Shown here one piece after another: positions 55,686-64,000 of a stretch of DNA of 64,000 nucleotides; position 1 is the stretch's first letter, and each line of letters starts with the position of its first letter. Below the pieces are notes generated by a model, which ran no database searches, had not been told where the DNA came from, and was given only the letters and a program-made list of their open reading frames with translations. Made by a program: the position numbers and the translations under genes. This stretch comes from Eubacteriales bacterium (GTDB taxonomy: Bacteria; Bacillota; Clostridia; Oscillospirales; CAG-272), in the NCBI GenBank assembly GCA_045632345.1, contig JAZQWM010000082.1:26220-90219 (forward strand), in the 5' to 3' direction.

Positions 55686-55864
55686 AGCCGCCAGCCGTTA
55701 GCAGTCAGCCCGCACCGAAGGTGCATATCGCTACGAAGCAGTGCTTCGTTTTATCGCTGAATTACGGAGTAATTTTATATTGCTCGCCGTAGGCGTATCT
55801 CGCTCTGCAAAGCAACGCTTTGCAATTTACCTGTTGCGAAGCAACAATTTACCGCTGGCGGCTA
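55685..55864. repeat. mini-hairpin array A5 (inverted orientation) enclosed by an 11-bp inverted repeat
   Basis: TAGCCGCCAGC (55685-55695) ... gcaccgaaggtgc-ATATCGC-acgaagcagtgcttcgt-tTTATCGC-...-gccgtaggc-...-tgcaaagcaacgctttgca-ATTTACC-tgttgcgaagcaaca-ATTTACCgc ... GCTGGCGGCTA (55854-55864). Confidence 0.85.
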
Positions 55865-55893
55865 AAAAATCCACACCTCTCGGTGTGGATTTT
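55864..55893 (-). terminator. rho-independent terminator (minus strand)
   Basis: AAAAAA-tccacacc-tctc-ggtgtgga-TTTT. Confidence 0.85.
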
Positions 55894-55896
55894 GTA

Positions 55897-56538
55897 TTAT
55901 AGCTTTGAGAAGCCGTGGCAGTTTACGAGGCCGTCGATTTTGTCGCCATTTTTGCAAAGTGGGCAATTATGGGATTCGTAGGTTGCGTAGCCGTCAAGGT
56001 CCTTAGGGTCAAATACGGATTCAACCTTATAGCCCATATATTCATCAATGGTTGCGAAGATTGAGCATACGCCTGCTACTCTGCCTCCGTAGTATTTTAC
56101 AGCGTCAATAGCTGCGCCTACCGTTCTGCCTGTGGCAACGGATGCGGCAAGAACTAAAACGTTTTTACCCTTGATTGTATTTACTAGATTATCTCTGAAA
56201 ATAAGCTGACTTCCGCTTGTTTGCTCCGGAGTTGTTACGTAAATAGTTTGATGAGCATTGATGCTTGCATATCCGCCCTTTGTAAGCTCAACTGCAAGGC
56301 AAGTGCCAACTACCTCCATTCCGTCAAGACATAAAATTGTGTCAACTATTGTGTTTGACTCGTAATAATTTACAAGCTCGCTTGCTACCGCCTGAGCCTC
56401 GGAAAGACGTGATTTTTGCATTGAAACGTCAATGTAATAGTTACTATGGCTATTGCTTGTAGCAAAGTGTCCCTTTAAAACTCTAAGATATAAATTCTTG
56501 TTTTTTGTTAAAACCTTAATCGCGTTTTTTTCTAACAT
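55897..56538 (-). CDS. phosphoribosyltransferase-like (OPRT-fold) protein with degenerate PRPP loop and C-terminal Cys motif
   Basis: GHFATSNSHSNYYID resembles the OPRT N-terminal motif. VLVLAASVATGRT replaces the usual acidic VLxVDDVxTTG. CPLC...CH at the C-terminus. The start could be ATG 56538 or 56565. Confidence 0.55.
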   Translation of the reverse strand: MLEKNAIKVLTKNKNLYLRVLKGHFATSNSHSNYYIDVSMQKSRLSEAQAVASELVNYYESNTIVDTILCLDGMEVVGTCLAVELTKGGYASINAHQTIYVTTPEQTSGSQLIFRDNLVNTIKGKNVLVLAASVATGRTVGAAIDAVKYYGGRVAGVCSIFATIDEYMGYKVESVFDPKDLDGYATYESHNCPLCKNGDKIDGLVNCHGFSKL

Positions 56539-56601
56539 GGTAAAAAACCCCTTTTTCTTTATCATATCATAAGTTTTTTACGGTGTCAACAAAAAAATTT
56601 A

Positions 56602-57105
56602 TCAGTTATCCTCTTCTAAACGGTAGATTTTTGCGCTATATGGCTTTATTATTTTAATTTTTCCGGTTTGGACAATTAGGAGATAGTATGTATCTCCCTC
56701 TGATGCATATGGCATTGTGTTAGGGGTATAGGTAACGAACTTTCCGCATCTTCTAAAGTGGAAAACGTCCTTTAGAGAATCTCTTCGGGAAAGCCAATTT
56801 AATTTATCTCTTTCGATTTTTTCAAGGGTGTCAGTTACTATACCAAAATATTCATGCTTTACGATATGCTTATAATGAAAATATCCGCCATAAAAGAGCG
56901 CACAAGGGAACAAGGTTATAACCCAAACCAGTATTGGCCAAAAGGATTTTTCGCCTATTACTATTGCTAAAAATTGTGGAAAAGCTCCTAATAAAAGTCC
57001 TACGATAAGAAAAACATTGGCGGTATGAAGTAAATCCTTTGTTTGTTTTTCAAGCTCTCTTTTGGCGCTTTCAAGATTTATTACTTCTCTTTCATCGGTT
57101 TTCAT
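56602..57105 (-). CDS. hypothetical membrane protein
   Basis: Two central TM helices. AGAGGTG RBS. Confidence 0.6.
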   Translation of the reverse strand: MKTDEREVINLESAKRELEKQTKDLLHTANVFLIVGLLLGAFPQFLAIVIGEKSFWPILVWVITLFPCALFYGGYFHYKHIVKHEYFGIVTDTLEKIERDKLNWLSRRDSLKDVFHFRRCGKFVTYTPNTMPYASEGDTYYLLIVQTGKIKIIKPYSAKIYRLEEDN

Positions 57106-57228
57106 AAAATCACCTCTTTACCATATTTTATCATAGAAAAATGCTTATGTCAATTGACATTAATGTCTATTTATGGTATCATTATTCTAACATGTGTCGC
57201 GGATGACACAAATAAAAAGGAGTTAATT

Positions 57229-59118
57229 ATGCATCCATTATATTCATATTTTAACAGCGATTTTTTATCCTGCACGTTTGAAAAAGCCAAGGGCAGGCTT
57301 GCTTGGTTTGGCGTTGAGTCAGGCGGTAGAGACAGAGACAAGCACGCAAGCTACAATCTTTTGCTTCCGGGCTACGGCGGTGTTTTTGGCGCATTTAAGA
57401 AAGCAAAGCCAAATAAAAATGATATTACCGACACCTGTGCATATTTTGAAAACGATAAGGGCGCAAGTGCAAAATATATTTTCTCAAATGAGAAAACTCT
57501 TGATATTGAATTAAACAAGGTTATTAAAAGCGATATTTTCTCAGTAAAATTTGCAATTAAGACTGCTCCGCCTACAATTTGGACATCTAAGAAGCCAAAG
57601 AAGCTAAAGAGCAGAAACCCTTTAGTGCTTTATAAGACAGAGTATTCTCTTCCTTTAATTATTCACTTCCCTGACTTTGGTACAGTTGAAATTACCGCTT
57701 CAAGTGATGACGTTTACTGCATTGAGGACCTTGAGCAATCAAAGGACTTTACAGGTCTTGACCTTGGCTATATGAATCACGGTTATAGCCATAACAGAAT
57801 GCACGGTCTTCACTATGGTAGCTCATTTTTAACATTTAAGTCAAGGAATGACATTGAGAGCGTTAACCTTAAATTCAGAGTTATGGAGGAAATTTATCCT
57901 GACTTAAAAGAGGATGGCGAAAAATATAATGGCTTAAAGCGTAACTGGTTAAATGCATTTGCGCTTAACAGAGAGCTTTTTGACATGTCCGACAACATCT
58001 ATTTCCACGGCACGGGACATCTTGCAATACATATGAAGTCCGATATGCTTCAAATCGTTAAGAAAAATGAGCCACTTTTCAAGACTATTCGTAAGACATA
58101 CGAAAAGCAGATTGAAAGAACATTTAAGACCTGTCAAGCATATGACGGAGAGGTAAGCGTTTCATTCTTTAATAGAAAGAAGGAGCATAACTACGGCTGC
58201 TCTGTTGACTCAACTCCAGGAGCAATTATTGGTCTTACCGGTATTTCAAATTGGAATTTACCATTTGCAAAGAAATTAGTGCCATATGCTATTAAGGCGG
58301 CAGACTTTATTTTAGCACAAGATACTGATAATGACGGTATTTTTGAGGTTAAGTTTGCAGGCGACTACATCGGTCAAGCAGGTGAATACGGCTGGCAGGG
58401 CAACTGGTGGGACAACTTCGCTTTTGGACACAAGGATATTTACTTTAACTACCTTTGCCACAGAGCCTTAAGAGAGCTATCTAAGCTTCTTCGCAGAATT
58501 GGAATGGACGACCAAGCCGAAAAATACGAAGCGCAGCTTAAATTATTTGATAAGAATTTCTTTGATACATTCTATAATCCCGAAACTGAGCTTATGGCAG
58601 GATGGATTAGCCGTAACGGCAAGGTACACGATTACGGATTTACCTTTGCCGTATCAATGGGTATTAACGAAGGACTTATTCCAAAGGACATTGGCAAGAA
58701 AATGATTAAAAAGCTTCTTTCCATTATGGATAAGGAAGGCTACGGCGACCTTCGCTTTGGTATTCCCGGCAACGTAATGCCTATTGGCGAGACAGATACA
58801 ATCAACTGGCCTTGCATGACTGACTGGGGCAGATACGAAAACGGCGGTCTTAACGGTATGAATGGCTTTCACTTCTTAACCGCTATGTACAATGTGGGAA
58901 TGACAGAGGAAGCGGACAAAATCCTCTTTGCAATTATAGACACCTACGAAAAGGATATGACACACACAGGTCTTATGCCGGGCTATTGCCAAAGCATTGA
59001 CTGGAGAACCCCTAAGGGCGTACCATGTGGCTATAATTATCTTGCAGATAACTATTATTTCTTAATGTCCACCTATGCAGGTAAGTTCAAAATGAAGCAC
59101 CCTGCGGTAAATAGATAA
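57229..59118 (+). CDS. putative (alpha/alpha)6-barrel glycoside-hydrolase-like protein
   Basis: AAGGAG RBS before ATG 57229 (the track start 57043 overlaps the opposite-strand gene). The C-terminal half has six-hairpin-glycosidase-like motifs (WWDNFAFGHKD...YFNYL). Confidence 0.5.
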   Translation: MHPLYSYFNSDFLSCTFEKAKGRLAWFGVESGGRDRDKHASYNLLLPGYGGVFGAFKKAKPNKNDITDTCAYFENDKGASAKYIFSNEKTLDIELNKVIKSDIFSVKFAIKTAPPTIWTSKKPKKLKSRNPLVLYKTEYSLPLIIHFPDFGTVEITASSDDVYCIEDLEQSKDFTGLDLGYMNHGYSHNRMHGLHYGSSFLTFKSRNDIESVNLKFRVMEEIYPDLKEDGEKYNGLKRNWLNAFALNRELFDMSDNIYFHGTGHLAIHMKSDMLQIVKKNEPLFKTIRKTYEKQIERTFKTCQAYDGEVSVSFFNRKKEHNYGCSVDSTPGAIIGLTGISNWNLPFAKKLVPYAIKAADFILAQDTDNDGIFEVKFAGDYIGQAGEYGWQGNWWDNFAFGHKDIYFNYLCHRALRELSKLLRRIGMDDQAEKYEAQLKLFDKNFFDTFYNPETELMAGWISRNGKVHDYGFTFAVSMGINEGLIPKDIGKKMIKKLLSIMDKEGYGDLRFGIPGNVMPIGETDTINWPCMTDWGRYENGGLNGMNGFHFLTAMYNVGMTEEADKILFAIIDTYEKDMTHTGLMPGYCQSIDWRTPKGVPCGYNYLADNYYFLMSTYAGKFKMKHPAVNR

Positions 59119-59119
59119 T

Positions 59120-59151
59120 AAAAAAGCACTTCGGTTGAAGTGCTTTTTGTT
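59120..59151. terminator. bidirectional rho-independent terminator; 32-nt exact repeat of 62051-62082
   Basis: aaaaaagcacttcggttgaagtgctttttgtt. Confidence 0.9.
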
Positions 59152-59161
59152 TTAGCTTATT

Positions 59162-61978
59162 TTAGTCCTCATAATTTCTATATGCAGTCGACCATTCGGC
59201 AAGCTTGCTTTCGGCCTGTGTTCTGCCTTCCGCATATGCATATATAAAGTAGTTTGAGTTGCCCACGATTGATGACGCTTGAATTGATGAGGTTACAAGA
59301 CCGTTACCGTCTCCGGCATATTGACCGTACGTATATCCAAGGTCGTACATAAGGTTAGGGAATATTTCCTTTTCAAGAATTTCCATGCTCTTATCACTGT
59401 AATTACTGCTAAGATTATCCCCAATGGTTTCAAGATATGCAGGCGTTACGTAATCTCTTGCGGTTTCTGAAAGAATTGTAATCATGCATTCAGAAAGCAC
59501 TCTATCGTCTGTTGCTCTTGGAATACATGCAACCGTTGCTTGAGTTGCAAAAGGCACGTAATATCTATCCTGTTCTGTTGAGAGCTTAGGGAACGGTAAT
59601 ATACTATACCCTACATCATTACCCATGGTAAATACCTTTTGAAGAATTTCGTTATAGAATAAAAGTCTATCCTCTGCAAAAGCTTGACCCACGCTTGACC
59701 AGCTACCCCAGCTTGTTCTTATGGAGCTTGGGTTATTTTGAGCATAAAGCATTTTTGAAATAATTGTGTTAACGTTTTCGTTTTGAATTGTTAGAGCAAA
59801 AACCTCATTACCCATAGCGTTTTTTGTTTTTCCTACCTGATACGTGCCGAAATATTGGTAGTATATAACAAGATTAGTTGTACCAAGACCGTACATATCA
59901 TTGTCAGTATATGCGCTATTACCGTCAAGATTTTTGCTAACACTGCCTGCTAAATCATACAGCGTATCAATAGTCCACGTACCGTCAAGCGCAGCAGCGT
60001 AAAGATTTGGAAATGCACTTCCAAACTCTTCTTTCGCCATATCTTCATTGAAGTATAAAACGTAAGCTGTTTGCTCATCAAGAAAGCTGATATCTCCGCC
60101 TACAAAGAAGGTGTGTCCTGCAAGAGTATATTGCTCAACGGAGTCCTTATTAAAGTAGTCCTCATTAAAATCAATGTAATTACTTCCGTTCATATCGTAA
60201 ACTGTTTCGTTTGTAAGTAGTGTCATTGTTTCAAAGGTATGTGGCAGTGCGACGTGAATAACCTCTTCGCCAATCATTCCTTTATTCATAGCCGCATTCA
60301 CAAGTCTATTATTCATACTTGCGCCACCGCAGCTCACCCAGTTTACTCTAACGCCGTATTGGTCATAAATTGCTTCGTTTCTTTCCATAACACCATTGTT
60401 GATAATGTAACCAAAGCCGTTTGCACTAAGATCCCAGTCTTCAACACAAAGCTCAACCTGCGCCCAAGGAGCTCCTGCCTCACCGTTAGTCCATGTGGTA
60501 GCTAAAACGTTGACGGTTTTGCCCTCATATTGCTTCATTGTAGAGGAAACAATCTCCTTAACGCTTGCCTCTATCCATTGAGCGTAAAGAATGTACGTTT
60601 CATTAGCTCCCATTGTATATGTAGCGCCGTTTTTATATTCAATCTCTCCGTTAACAGTAGTTGACCAGCCTGCAAAAACGTATCCGTTCTTTTGGTATGA
60701 AACGGTTGGCAGATACCTAGATTGGTCTGTTGCTATCGTTATATCGTCCATTGAGCCGCTTGTATGTCCGTTGCCAACAAATTTAAGTGTGTTTTTGTTA
60801 GCTTCCCATACGGCGTAAATTGTTATTTCGCTATTTGTACCAACAATGTATTCACTGCCCTCATTATAGCATCTTACTCCGTCAGACCACATGCTAAAGG
60901 TATAGCCGGGCTTTTCAAAGGTGCTATTTGGTAAAATAATAGTTTCGTGAGTTTTGGCGGTTACGTCCTCTAAAGATCCACTTGTTGCGCCGTTTCCGTC
61001 AAATTTTACTGTGTTTTCCTTGGCACCCCATATTGCATAGAGTGTGTACTGACTGTCGGTACCCATTTCGTAGGAATCGCCGCTTACGTATTCAACCTCT
61101 CCGTCAGGTGTGGTTGACCAGCCTATAAATTTATAGCCTGCCTTTACGTATTCGCAGTTAGGTGTAATAATTACTCCGTGGGTGGTTACCTTTATGCTTG
61201 ACATAGTGCCGCCTGTGCTTCCGTTACCGTCAAGGATAAGAGTATTTTCGTTTGCAATCCACTTAGCGTAAAGAGTCATAGGATTAGTTACCGCGTACAT
61301 TGAAAATTGCCACTTGTCGCTACCGTTGTACCAGCCGTCAAAGGTATAGCCTGCTTTTGTAGGCGGTGTTGGCTCTGTGGCTTTACCGTTTATATCAACC
61401 TCTTGTGGTTCAACAACCGTGCCGCCCTCAGATTCAAAGACAACAGTATTTGTTATTCTAACCTCCCATTTTGCAAAAAGGGTAATATTACCTGTTGTGC
61501 CTTTTATTATCTCAGTTACTCTCTCTGTTAAATTTTCATCACTGTACCAGCCCTTAAAGGTGTAGCCAAGCTGAACAGCCTTTGCAAAGGTAAATTCCGT
61601 GTTCACGTCATACACGTCAATATTATTTGTATCGTTTGTACCGCCGTTAAGCACGTACTCAATAGTGTACTTAATAGGCTTTTTAACAACGCTTACAAAA
61701 ATGTTGCCTTGAATATCGGTTAAATCCTTATCCTCCCAAGATAATTCATATCCCGTTACCCTTTTAGGCGTTGGAATGTCCGTTAAGGTTGCGCCCTTTT
61801 CAACGGTTTTTACAACATCGGGATAGCCGTCTCCCTGTGAAAAGGTTACCGTAAAGCTTTCGCTAACAGGCGCATTTGTTTCTGTGTCTGTATCGCCCGC
61901 TGTATCTCCACAGGAGAAAAGCGCAAGGATTACTAATAAAGCCATAGCTAAACAGCACAAAAGTCTTGCTTTTTTCAT
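59162..61978 (-). CDS. surface lipoprotein: ~6 InlB-B-type (Listeria-Bacteroides) repeats + C-terminal solute-binding-protein-like domain
   Basis: Lipobox LFSCGD. Repeated GY(T/K/V)FxGW...(Y/L)YAxW units. The C-terminal ~450 aa resemble extracellular solute-binding lipoproteins. Confidence 0.7.
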   Translation of the reverse strand: MKKARLLCCLAMALLVILALFSCGDTAGDTDTETNAPVSESFTVTFSQGDGYPDVVKTVEKGATLTDIPTPKRVTGYELSWEDKDLTDIQGNIFVSVVKKPIKYTIEYVLNGGTNDTNNIDVYDVNTEFTFAKAVQLGYTFKGWYSDENLTERVTEIIKGTTGNITLFAKWEVRITNTVVFESEGGTVVEPQEVDINGKATEPTPPTKAGYTFDGWYNGSDKWQFSMYAVTNPMTLYAKWIANENTLILDGNGSTGGTMSSIKVTTHGVIITPNCEYVKAGYKFIGWSTTPDGEVEYVSGDSYEMGTDSQYTLYAIWGAKENTVKFDGNGATSGSLEDVTAKTHETIILPNSTFEKPGYTFSMWSDGVRCYNEGSEYIVGTNSEITIYAVWEANKNTLKFVGNGHTSGSMDDITIATDQSRYLPTVSYQKNGYVFAGWSTTVNGEIEYKNGATYTMGANETYILYAQWIEASVKEIVSSTMKQYEGKTVNVLATTWTNGEAGAPWAQVELCVEDWDLSANGFGYIINNGVMERNEAIYDQYGVRVNWVSCGGASMNNRLVNAAMNKGMIGEEVIHVALPHTFETMTLLTNETVYDMNGSNYIDFNEDYFNKDSVEQYTLAGHTFFVGGDISFLDEQTAYVLYFNEDMAKEEFGSAFPNLYAAALDGTWTIDTLYDLAGSVSKNLDGNSAYTDNDMYGLGTTNLVIYYQYFGTYQVGKTKNAMGNEVFALTIQNENVNTIISKMLYAQNNPSSIRTSWGSWSSVGQAFAEDRLLFYNEILQKVFTMGNDVGYSILPFPKLSTEQDRYYVPFATQATVACIPRATDDRVLSECMITILSETARDYVTPAYLETIGDNLSSNYSDKSMEILEKEIFPNLMYDLGYTYGQYAGDGNGLVTSSIQASSIVGNSNYFIYAYAEGRTQAESKLAEWSTAYRNYED

Positions 61979-62050
61979 ATTATCTCTCCTTAATAATATA
62001 GTCTATAATATCATAATAGCACCATTTTTAGATGTTGTCAAGTGAGTACG

Positions 62051-62082
62051 AAAAAAGCACTTCGGTTGAAGTGCTTTTTGTT
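62051..62082. terminator. bidirectional rho-independent terminator; 32-nt exact repeat of 59120-59151
   Basis: aaaaaagcacttcggttgaagtgctttttgtt. Confidence 0.9.
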
Positions 62083-62084
62083 GT

Positions 62085-64000
62085 TTAAAAAGTTACTGTA
62101 AGTGTGCTATATATTGTTTGATTTATCTCAATACCTTCTGCGGTTTTATCAAAGGTGGCGCTTTTGCCGTCAAGCTCTAATTTTTGGCAATTTACCACAA
62201 GGAGTGTGGATAAATCAAGGGGTGCGCCAAGGACATTGAGTGTTAGATTTTTGCCGTTTAAAGACACAGTGCCGTAGGTTTCGCCTACGCTCCAAAGGTA
62301 TGTGCCCTTTTGAATTGGGTTAAAGCCTATTTGCTTTTTAGTCATATCGAAGGTAAAGCCGCTATATGCGTTCATAAGTCCAAAGGACGCCATTGAGCGG
62401 GCATAGTTGCTACCGCATTCGATTTCATTCCACGGGTTACGCTTTTGTCCGTCGTAGCGGTCTCTGATTGCTTTTACCATTTCCTCGCCGTATTCTCTTT
62501 TGCCCTCGTAAATCATAAGCACGGCCAAGGCATACTCAAAGCCCGTCATACATTCCTCGCAGTATGGAATTGGAATTGACGGGGATTTTTCATTACTTGG
62601 ATATGAGCAAATTATAGTACCCGCTTCATCATTTAAAGCAAAGTTACGCCACATATTTATAACGTCGCGCATTGATTTTTTAAAGTTGTTTTGATATAGA
62701 TATTCAAGGGCAATGTCCTTTTTATCCTTATCAAAAATACCATTTAAGCCAATTAGGTTGCTATGAAAGTCGGAGAGCATTTGGTCAATTATACTTCCGT
62801 TTGCTACTTGATATTTAATCTCCTTTGCTTCCTCATTCCAATATCCGCTTGTTTCAGGGTAGCTATCAATTATTTCCTTATTTGTTAAATCAATTTTATG
62901 GTAAAAATGCTGACCGTTAAATAGGTTTTCGTTGGTCCATTTTTTGCCGTTTTCGTATAAAGAGCGATACGTATCGGCTCTTTTTTTGTCTCCTACCGCT
63001 TCTGCAATTTTAGAGCCACAGTCAAGAGCTAAAAGATAAAAGCCTTGAAGCCAAGATGATGGTCCAAACGTTTCCATATCAAGAGTATGGTGCTGTCTAC
63101 CCTCTAAAACGCCGTCCTTATCTAAGTCCCATTTGTCGATGTTGTCAGGCGACCAAGCAAAGTCAAGCATTTTAAAGATTTTGTCGCTATAAGATTTTAG
63201 CCAATCGGTGTTACCTGAGATTTTCCATTCACGGTAGCATTTGATTATTTCGCCGAAGTGTCCGTCAACGCAGGCGCGAAACTCATCTCTTTTTTTGCCA
63301 AGGGGTAAATCTATTCTAAAATCGGTGCTACCTGTGTCTCTTAAACCGTATTTTAGCGTGTTTTCTCTTAGGCTTCTTTCAAGCCTAGGAAATAAAAACG
63401 GCAAGGCGTATGCGTAATTCCATACGTGCTGACAGCTACCGTCGCATGAGCCTTGGGTTTGCATAACACCCTCCCACGCCCATAGTGAGCCGTCCTCATA
63501 TCTTAAAACAGTTGGGGATTTTAAAACGGATAGATTACTGCTTACAGCGTCAATTACGTAAGACGGCAAGGTGCTACCAAAGACAGCATTTTTAAACGCC
63601 AACGTTTTTGTTAGCAGCATATCAAAGTTGTCAAGAGCATACTTTGCGCTTTCGTATGAGGTTTTAAACTGGGTTGCATAGTAGTTTTTCCAAGTGATAT
63701 ATTCGCCGTTTTCGTTTTTGTAATCGTGCCAATAGTTATACATATTAGGTGTATTCCACGCAAGCACGAATTTAATTTGTTTTTTCTCTTTTGCTTTTAG
63801 GTTAAATTTAACCGCTACTGTGCCGTGGTCGTTTTTACCGCTATCCTTATATTCACGCTTTTGGAGTTGGCTTTCCTGCATATTTTTATAGTAGGTGGTA
63901 ACGGAGTCCATCCATCCGCCACGGTACCAATATGCTTGAATGTGGCAATCGCCATCCGTTAGCACGCACATATCGGTATAGCCGATTTCGCTATCGCTTT
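62085..64000 (-). CDS. GH116-family glycoside hydrolase (GBA2-type beta-glucosidase/xylosidase), 5'-partial
   Basis: The frame stays open to the window edge. GSCDGSCQHVWNYAYALPF and RQHHTLDMETFGPSSW regions resemble GH116 catalytic-domain motifs. Confidence 0.75.
   Translation of the reverse strand, partial: SDSEIGYTDMCVLTDGDCHIQAYWYRGGWMDSVTTYYKNMQESQLQKREYKDSGKNDHGTVAVKFNLKAKEKKQIKFVLAWNTPNMYNYWHDYKNENGEYITWKNYYATQFKTSYESAKYALDNFDMLLTKTLAFKNAVFGSTLPSYVIDAVSSNLSVLKSPTVLRYEDGSLWAWEGVMQTQGSCDGSCQHVWNYAYALPFLFPRLERSLRENTLKYGLRDTGSTDFRIDLPLGKKRDEFRACVDGHFGEIIKCYREWKISGNTDWLKSYSDKIFKMLDFAWSPDNIDKWDLDKDGVLEGRQHHTLDMETFGPSSWLQGFYLLALDCGSKIAEAVGDKKRADTYRSLYENGKKWTNENLFNGQHFYHKIDLTNKEIIDSYPETSGYWNEEAKEIKYQVANGSIIDQMLSDFHSNLIGLNGIFDKDKKDIALEYLYQNNFKKSMRDVINMWRNFALNDEAGTIICSYPSNEKSPSIPIPYCEECMTGFEYALAVLMIYEGKREYGEEMVKAIRDRYDGQKRNPWNEIECGSNYARSMASFGLMNAYSGFTFDMTKKQIGFNPIQKGTYLWSVGETYGTVSLNGKNLTLNVLGAPLDLSTLLVVNCQKLELDGKSATFDKTAEGIEINQTIYSTLTVTF

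Noticed and set aside
55897-57105. PRTase-like gene + upstream membrane-protein gene as a two-gene defence or toxin module
   Set aside because: This rests only on adjacency and a degenerate PRPP loop. There are no nuclease, NTase, RT or other defence-associated domains, so the evidence is insufficient for more than a note.
1-64000. tRNA, rRNA, tmRNA, transposase or integrase genes
   Set aside because: Scanning for GGTTCGA-type T-arms, rRNA-like conserved blocks and DDE/tyrosine-recombinase motifs in the ORF set found nothing. smpB/ssrA are not downstream of rnr here.

Overview
AT-rich, gene-dense Firmicutes/Clostridia-type chromosomal segment with genes on both strands. Housekeeping genes (glyA, secG-rnr, a stand-alone GMP synthase ATP-pyrophosphatase subunit, pheS-pheT) are interleaved with carbohydrate-active and cell-surface genes: a GH78 rhamnosidase + SGNH esterase operon, GH116, two tandem paralogous clan-GH-A-like hydrolases, two GT2 glycosyltransferases, two BspA-type LRR proteins, an InlB-B-repeat lipoprotein and a 1191-aa LamG/metallophosphatase protein. 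I found no rRNA, tRNA, CRISPR array, transposase or integrase. The most unusual content is non-coding. Intergenic regions are built from a recurring modular repeat vocabulary with four parts: (i) arrays of short, sequence-variable GC hairpins joined by a constant 7-9 nt linker (five loci); (ii) heptad-periodic tracts with a CTRWC/GWYAG core whose strand polarity tracks gene ends (GWYAG after stop codons, CTRWC just before ribosome-binding sites); (iii) an 18-20-mer GGYTCGCTTCGCTCACAGG; (iv) a shared 17-nt RBS leader. These modules form inverted-repeat-bounded cassettes. One carries a four-helix-bundle (23S rRNA IVS protein / Avd-like) gene, and a gene-less one sits in the pheS-pheT spacer and supplies the pheT RBS. 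Other notable items are a Phe-specific (UUC) T-box leader in front of a phenylacetate-CoA-ligase-family + ACT-domain operon, while pheS itself has no T-box, and a tandem-HNH protein with an unclassified GC-rich structured leader. Five ORFs are interrupted (two in-frame stops, three homopolymer-T frame changes); these could be real pseudogenes or phase variation, or assembly error. Functional calls come from motif recognition by eye. No database search was run.
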